Below, in pieces: positions 57,818 to 64,000 of a DNA stretch of 64,000 nt. The stretch's first letter is position 1. Every line of letters starts with the position of its first letter. The DNA lies in assembly GCA_032718475.1 (NCBI GenBank), contig JAUCBJ010002047.1:1-64000 (forward strand). The letters are read 5' to 3'. The notes under the pieces were generated by a model. It searched no databases. It saw nothing but the letters and a program-made list of their open reading frames with translations, and was not told the origin of the DNA. The translations under genes were made by a program, and so were the position numbers. The stretch comes from Nemertoderma westbladi. Lineage: Eukaryota; Animalia; Xenacoelomorpha.

Positions 57818-58615
57818 CTGCGAGGTGGACCGCTTCCCAGCAGCGTGGCTGACTGCGCGCACATCCGATTGTAACTGGCTCACGATATTGTATGTAATGG
57901 TTTAGTTTGTTACTGCGGGTACTGTTACATTAATACTGTAGTAGCGGTACTGCGGTACAATGCTAATTAAAGGAAATCAACATGCTGTATCTGACTATAC
58001 TGTTACAACAACAACAACAACGACAGTACTGCAGTACTGTATTGTTTGGGTAGGTGATCTAATCCCTATATGTGAGAGCCACACGTGCCTTCTAGGTTAT
58101 GACAGCAGTATGCTAATCAAGGTTCGGGTAGACAGCAGTATCCTTATAGGTGAAAAAAAACAAATGCTATTGCATCAGATTACTGCTGTACTGATAAAGT
58201 GGATGACAGTTGTGGATAGGAGCTGCGAGGTTGACCGCATCCCCCGCAGTGTGGCTGACAGCGTACACATCTGATTGTAACTGGCTCACGATATTGTATA
58301 CATTAGCCTAGTTTGTTACTACGGGTACTGTTACATTAATACTGCGGTACCGGTACTGCGGTACAATGCTAATCAAAGGAAATCAGTATGCTGTATCTAA
58401 CTATGCTGTTACAACAACAACGACAGTACTGCAGTACTGTATTGTTTGGGTAGGTGATCTAATCCCTATATGTGAGACCCCTGCATGTAATCCGGATCAT
58501 GACAGCAGTATGCTATTGCTTCAGATTACTGCTGTACTGATACCAGTAGACTGTGACTACAGTGTTGGAAGAGTAAAACACTACCGGTACTGATAAAGCG
58601 GATGACAATTGTGGT
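57818..58615. repeat. ~400-bp direct repeat, two copies
   Basis: CTGCGAGGT(G/T)GACCGC...GATTGTAACTGGCTCACGATATTGTAT...TGATAAAG(T/C)GGATGACA at ~57818 and ~58223. Confidence 0.88.
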
Positions 58616-58983
58616 TAGGCCTATAATAAATTATTGAATTTATCAGTACCGGTACCAACAGGTTAACACTACATCCTATACAGTTTATGTTGCATTTCTG
58701 ACTAATATTACTAGTCAACTACTGTATGTGTTATTAGTTTGCGATGTATAGGATGTTTCGCAATACCAGTACATCTATATTAGAATGATATCGAGAATAC
58801 TTACTGTACATGTTACGTCTACGTCATATTGTTAAATGTGTATGGTTAACCTAGCGCAATTGACTCTTTTTAGAGAACTTGTTGTAAAAAAATTATATTT
58901 TATTATATTTTTATATTAACATCAAGATCATCACCAAAATAAAATTATATTATATCCCATCACATTACATGCTTAGAGTAAAC

Positions 58984-59580
58984 CTACAGTACATCTTCCA
59001 CCTCAGTTATTTCTTTCTGTTTATCATCATCAGTCGCAGTTAAACGCTTTCTCATGAAAAAGTGTAGCATCTCATACCCCCCAACGCGTTTTGCTGAGCA
59101 GTATCGCAGACAGTTATCCCTTATGTTTAAGTGGAACGCGCATTTATTTTCTACTGTAGTAAATCGGTCATGAAACCGACAAGGCATTAAATAATCGTGA
59201 TATTGCTTATATATTCCCAATTTCTCCACCGAATTTGGCGCGAGAACATCGAGTTGGGAAACTAATATTGCCTGCTTCAGCAACCCAAATACATGAATAT
59301 TTTTTTTATATTTTAAATGTCTCTTCATATATTTTTTAAAGTCATCTTGAGAAATGTCCCCGTAGTCCCAGGGCAAGTGAGAAGTCATATCCCGTAAATT
59401 GTTTACGTGGGCTGCATCTAAAGCTGATAACTTAATATTAGACGGGCCTTTAATTAAAAACGTCTTTACATTAGTTTTGGTGTAATTAGAATCGAATATA
59501 GCAAATTCTTTAAATACTACCGGATACTCTTTATTGTCTATCTTATAATATTGAAAATCAACAAAAATAATATTATCCAT
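58984..59580 (-). CDS. DnaQ/DEDD-fold exonuclease-like Polinton protein
   Basis: IIFVDFQ...FKEFAI...HLPWDYG...CxxH...C. Confidence 0.6.
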   Translation of the reverse strand: MDNIIFVDFQYYKIDNKEYPVVFKEFAIFDSNYTKTNVKTFLIKGPSNIKLSALDAAHVNNLRDMTSHLPWDYGDISQDDFKKYMKRHLKYKKNIHVFGLLKQAILVSQLDVLAPNSVEKLGIYKQYHDYLMPCRFHDRFTTVENKCAFHLNIRDNCLRYCSAKRVGGYEMLHFFMRKRLTATDDDKQKEITEVEDVL

Positions 59581-59615
59581 TTTATCTGATAAACAAAAGC
59601 AAGCTAAATGATTAA

Positions 59616-60068
59616 TTACAACACATGTTGGTTTATTTTATAATAATTAACAAGCCATTTATATAATATTATTTCATTTATTTCCACATTATTTGTAAAC
59701 GCTCTCATTGGATAGATTGTGTGAATTCGATTTACCAAATAATAAAGACAGTATAGACCGCATGTGGTCCGCCTAGGGTCTTGAAATTGTTTGCGAGTAG
59801 TACGCCACCTTGCGGAATTTTTCTCAAGCCATTTTTCGATGCATCTGTTTGGATATTTTGGTCCAAACAAGTCAAATACTTCGGCCTCATTATCTCGTAT
59901 ATATATTGCGATCCAATGAATCCCGGGCAGATGCTCTTTATCGGTATTTACTATCAAGCCATAATCTTTCCGCTTATTATTATCTAATTTAGGTAATTTA
60001 TTAGCTGGAAACGCACCCAAATAGTGACCACCCACTGGAAACATATCAAGGTCCTCTGTAGATAACAT
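59616..60068 (-). CDS. Adenain-like cysteine maturation protease
   Basis: IVNTD...PGIHWIAI...FDLFG...Q...TTCGLYC. Confidence 0.93.
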   Translation of the reverse strand: MLSTEDLDMFPVGGHYLGAFPANKLPKLDNNKRKDYGLIVNTDKEHLPGIHWIAIYIRDNEAEVFDLFGPKYPNRCIEKWLEKNSARWRTTRKQFQDPRRTTCGLYCLYYLVNRIHTIYPMRAFTNNVEINEIILYKWLVNYYKINQHVL

Positions 60069-60085
60069 ACTTAATCGATATGTAT

Positions 60086-61325
60086 TTATTTCCTGCTATT
60101 TAAACTTAATGATTGATCATAAATATTAAAAACGATTACATTTATGGTTTCAACCAACGGTTCAGCAAATCTTAATTTTAATTGGCCATTAGTATATATC
60201 GACGGTTGCGGATCTCTAACATAGCCGTCGGCGGTTAGGTCCCAGGATAGGATGGGGCAATTACCTAAGTAGGTTTCATGGTCTATATTATTACCTCCAT
60301 AACCGTTAATATATGTATTAATGTTCTTCATTAATTGAGTATACTCAAAAATATATGTTCCATCTGTAAAATTAGGCTCGTATATTACACCACCTACTGG
60401 AAGACCGTCTACAATCAGTTCCGCGCGTCTAAGGTTAAAATGTTCAAATTTCAAGGGATTGCTAATTAATTCTCCCGAATAAGCGTTATTTGTTATGAAG
60501 CCGATAATAACTAATTTGGGTTTTTTACCATCAAATATGTTTGTTTGGGTGTAATTTGTGGTTTGAGCGGGAATAGTAAATGTTGTCACCTCCTTTTTTT
60601 GGAATTGATATTCAATATCGTAACTCTCTAAACCTTTTAGGTGACTGCTTTCTATTACCGGATTAACCTCCATTCTAGGGATTGGGATCTTTATTTCATC
60701 TAATTCTAACCGAAGATTTGTCACAGCGTTTGCGTTTGGAGTGATTTTAAAAATAAACGAATTTGATACTTTTCTAAAATGCATTCTTAAATCATACCCG
60801 GGTTGTATTATTTTAGTTTCAGTATCAAAATCAATTGTCAATCCACTTACAAATTGCATTTGTTTACTAAAGGCATCGGCAATAGGATGCGCACCGGGAT
60901 CAATTTCATTTCCGTGCTCAGATAAAGGTTGATGAAAGCCACCCGCCCCCAGTAGCCCATTTTTATCCTCGTAAGTTGTAAATAATAAATTGGATAAGTA
61001 CGACTTGTAGAAATAATGGTTATTGCTATTTTCAACCTGCTTCTCATTAAGGTCTATTTTAATATCACTCCACATAGTTTCAGCGGGGTAATTCAGCATA
61101 TATATATGGGAGTTTTCAAGTCGTCTATCCCATCGTACAGTACATTTTGTAATTAATAACGCATCTTGCAGTTTCGTATAGAATTCATTGGATCTCGGTA
61201 CAAGGAACGTGACCTCCCTAGACTCACTTCTGAGATTAGATACGGGGTAAATTGTTTCATAATTCTTTAAATTCAGTCTGTATTGGCTGTGTAGAAAATA
61301 AATCTAATTCCTTAATAATTGACAT
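60086..61325 (-). pseudogene. Major capsid protein (double jelly-roll); 5' part frameshifted
   Basis: ATG 61325 MSIIKELDLFS..PIQT...IYPV; main ORF YFYKSYLSNLL, PKLVIIGF..N.AYSG..NPLKFEHF, WDLT, LRFAEPL. Confidence 0.85.
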
Positions 61326-61327
61326 TA

Positions 61328-61891
61328 TTAAAAAATACTTTTTTCGCAGTGTTTCAGTTTGCCCTTTATTTTTTTATTTTTATTACTACGTCGATGATGT
61401 ATGTTCATAGACATTGGTCTAGCGGGTCGCTTTAAATCTCTATAAACTTTTTCTACAACTGACCTTGTTGACGGTTTCATTTTATTTAATGCTTTATTAA
61501 TAACCGTATTAGCCTGCTGATGTAAGACCCGCTTACCTTTTGGTATTACGTGTTGTCTCATAAATTTTGTGGTAAATGGTAAAGCTTTCTGTAAAACTTT
61601 TTTAGCTAATGGCTTACCAAATTTTTTCAATGTTGATAATGCGTCTGTAAATATACCTTCTCCGTGTTGATTTGCCCGCATACCTCTAGGATAACGCTGA
61701 AAACGACGTTGTTTTAAGTTTGGACCAAATGTGCCAATTTGTTGACCGTAAGGGTCAATATATGAACCACCTCGAAAAACAGGAACTTGCGTCGAACCTC
61801 TGGTACTTCTACCACCTTTAAAAACAGCAAGATTAGAGTCTGAACCACCATATTGAGGTTTACTGTATCTTTGAAATAAATCAGAATCCAT
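61328..61891 (-). CDS. Basic virion core / membrane-lytic-like protein with xxGG protease sites
   Basis: QYGG, FKGG, FRGG, QHGEGIF followed by an amphipathic K-rich helix. Confidence 0.7.
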   Translation of the reverse strand: MDSDLFQRYSKPQYGGSDSNLAVFKGGRSTRGSTQVPVFRGGSYIDPYGQQIGTFGPNLKQRRFQRYPRGMRANQHGEGIFTDALSTLKKFGKPLAKKVLQKALPFTTKFMRQHVIPKGKRVLHQQANTVINKALNKMKPSTRSVVEKVYRDLKRPARPMSMNIHHRRSNKNKKIKGKLKHCEKSIF

Positions 61892-61892
61892 T

Positions 61893-62734
61893 TTAATTTA
61901 TTCGTTTAAAGTGTAATGTAATAGATGTTGTCCCGTATTCAAAATTCAAATCTTTTCCTTCTTTGTCTGTTATTTCAATATGAATGTATGTTATCTTATA
62001 TGATTTTTTTACAGGGATATAATGAATTGTATCCTTGATGACAAATTCTTTATTTATTACGCTACCATATTTCACGTCATCAGGTATCGCAACACGACGA
62101 AGTAAAGCTAAACCAAAGTCATTAATATATTGATTTTCAATTATATTAGTAGTCACGTACATGTTCGACTTAGGTTCTGGAATAGAATTGGGTGGTTGAG
62201 GGCATAAAAATACCATCTGGTAAGCTTTTTCTCCATTTCCGATAACCTTTATTAAATAACCCTTTATATTATTTTTCGTCTTCAAAATAATTTTAAAATT
62301 TGGATTTAAATTCGCGCCGAGATTATTTTCAGTAATTCCAAAATAATAGGCTAATTGTTGACCTATAAATAACTCTCGCACAGTTTTCCCTAAAATAAAT
62401 TGCAACCTATTTTGCTGAGTATTTTCAACTATTTGTAATTTATCTTTCAACGCCCCCGTGTTAAAATAATCTATAATGTCATTGATACTGTAGAACAAAC
62501 CGGATGGAAGTGTATCCTCAAAATTTTTTTTTCCTTTTTTTAATAAAATAACATTCTCTACATTGTTATACATGGACGGCAACGTAGCTAAGTAAAATAT
62601 ACTTTTTATACCTACCACCCAGTTTTCGTTTGGGTTTATAGGCCATGGAAATTGATCTGATAATTACTAGCGCTATTGCGGGGAAAATCAATTGGACAGG
62701 AGTTACTCGGTTGTCTTACGTAGAATTCATCCAT
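61893..62734 (-). pseudogene. Minor capsid (penton) protein, copy 2 (frameshift near 62630)
   Basis: MDEFYV..PSNS...FPRNSASNY; MYVTTNIIE..LLR..HYIPV..IEITD..G..F..TLHFK. Confidence 0.78.
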
Positions 62735-63599
62735 CACTGCCACCCCGTATAACTTAAGTGTTATAACAGTGCGACCTCCGCTGAAGTTAATTAATTCGCC
62801 TTGTCCGTCACGTAAAGTAATTAAGATTGTTTTTAGTTTTTTATTCAACAACGGGTAATAGCAAATGCTCTCGTATTCGTGATTAATATATTTTCGATTT
62901 AATTGCGTTAAAGGGCAGGTTCTTAAGAGCGGAGCTAAAGCGTCACCAACAAATGAGCTCTTAATAATATCTGTGTATATAAAGAGAGTGTCTTTATTAC
63001 ATATTATATTCGTGGGAGCTGGAAAATCTAAAATGCCAATTTCCGAAATTTTTGGTCCGCTATAATTTAAAATTAATATCGGCTGTTCTATATTGCTTAA
63101 TTCATCTACTGTAGTGGTACTGTATATATCCCAATTTGGAATATCCGGATGATTCCGATCCAATAACGGTTTTAAGCCTAGAATTTGTATTAAATCACCA
63201 CGTAGACTTAATTGTATTTTTTTCAACTTTTTAGGAAATTTAAATTTAATTCTAGAATTATTTTGTATTAAAAATGAATTCGAAATCTCTATATTTCGCT
63301 TCAGAATTAAACAGTTTATTTATATCATCAATAATGACTTGAATAGAGTTATGCATACCAGGAAATAAACTATATAATTTGGCATCTTTTGCATCTACCC
63401 CGATTGACAGCGAGATTTGAGTTTGCAGCGTAATATTACTGTATGTTGCTTGGTATTGAAGCTCGGCAAGCCCAATTTTAGCGTTTGGAGCTATATATAA
63501 TTCTTCGGCTAAATCAACAGTAAACTCGCTAGGATTATTATTGGGGTAAGTGTTTAATGAGCTCTCTGAAAGTAGAGTGATATATGTATCTGTGGCCAT
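62735..63599 (-). pseudogene. Minor capsid (penton) protein, copy 1 (frameshift near 63250)
   Basis: YITLLSESS..YPNNNPSEFTVDL...IGLAEL; LFIYTDII..VGD..APLLR..YYPL..LRDGQG..F..VITL. Confidence 0.8.
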
Positions 63600-63860
63600 T
63601 ATTATTATTATTTAAGCTCGCTCTCTCTACTTGACTCCATTGTACATACAGTACAGTATAATGTTAAATTATAGACATCTGTGACCACGTTCATTGTCGC
63701 GCATCTTCTACAGTATATGCGCGGGATCAATATTTTACTGGCTTTATTGGCTTTATTTAAAACGGATGAACTATAGATATAGTAATATCATTCGAGTTAA
63801 TATTGATTAATTACGGTCATATGCGACCAAAATGAATTAATATACAGTATAAACCTAAGC

Positions 63861-64000
63861 TTATTGAATATGCTGTACCCACGACTGTTTCTTGGATCCG
63901 ATGAATCGAACTAAATATTCTTTCTTCCCATTGCGTACACGTTCTTTAAGTTTGCCACTATTTTTATCAATTGCTAGATAAATATTACTATTCGGGTGGA
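63861..64000 (-). CDS. C-terminal chromodomain-like tail, probably of the Polinton integrase (partial)
   Basis: ...KERVRNGKKEYLVRFIGSKKQSWVQHIQ*. Confidence 0.65.
   Translation of the reverse strand, partial: HPNSNIYLAIDKNSGKLKERVRNGKKEYLVRFIGSKKQSWVQHIQ

Larger units (their letters stand above)
50466..64000. mobile_element. Polinton/Maverick (adintovirus-like) endogenous element, left part
   Basis: AGTAGT terminus at the point where the RTE-B fragment breaks; pPolB, protease, capsid, penton genes and integrase tail follow. Confidence 0.93.

Noticed and set aside
57577-58593. ORFs of 95, 104 and 75 aa in the Polinton intergenic region
   Set aside because: They arise from tandem and direct repeats; low complexity and not conserved in length between repeat copies.

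Overview
This is a eukaryotic (probably invertebrate) window made almost entirely of nested mobile elements, with no recognisable host gene. From left to right: (1) A BEL/Pao LTR-retrotransposon pol, broken by a ~1.1-kb insertion and a TGA stop. It is followed on the same strand by a TATA box, a ~106-nt hairpin and an intact, intronless 1417-aa ORF with a WRN/EXD-type DEDDy 3'-5' exonuclease and CCHC zinc knuckles; this is the best candidate for an undescribed system. (2) A Penelope-like RT remnant split by a Kolobok DNA transposon (TTAA TSD), itself split by an apparently intact Harbinger (CAG TSD; Myb-like and spliced transposase genes) that carries two small TIR elements. (3) A decayed Gypsy end. 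(4) An RTE LINE split by a long-TIR element and a CsRn1-type Gypsy. (5) A CRE-clade RLE retrotransposon inserted in register into a 60-bp satellite; its open RT carries ~28 octapeptide repeats between QGD and YADD. (6) Inverted copies of a second RTE family hosting another LINE and, probably, a young CsRn1-type Gypsy. (7) The left ~13.5 kb of a Polinton/Maverick (AGTAGT terminus, PC4-like, pPolB, TBP-like, exonuclease-like, protease, capsid, pentons, integrase tail). All calls rest on motif recognition by eye; no database search or folding program was run, so clade names are inferences.
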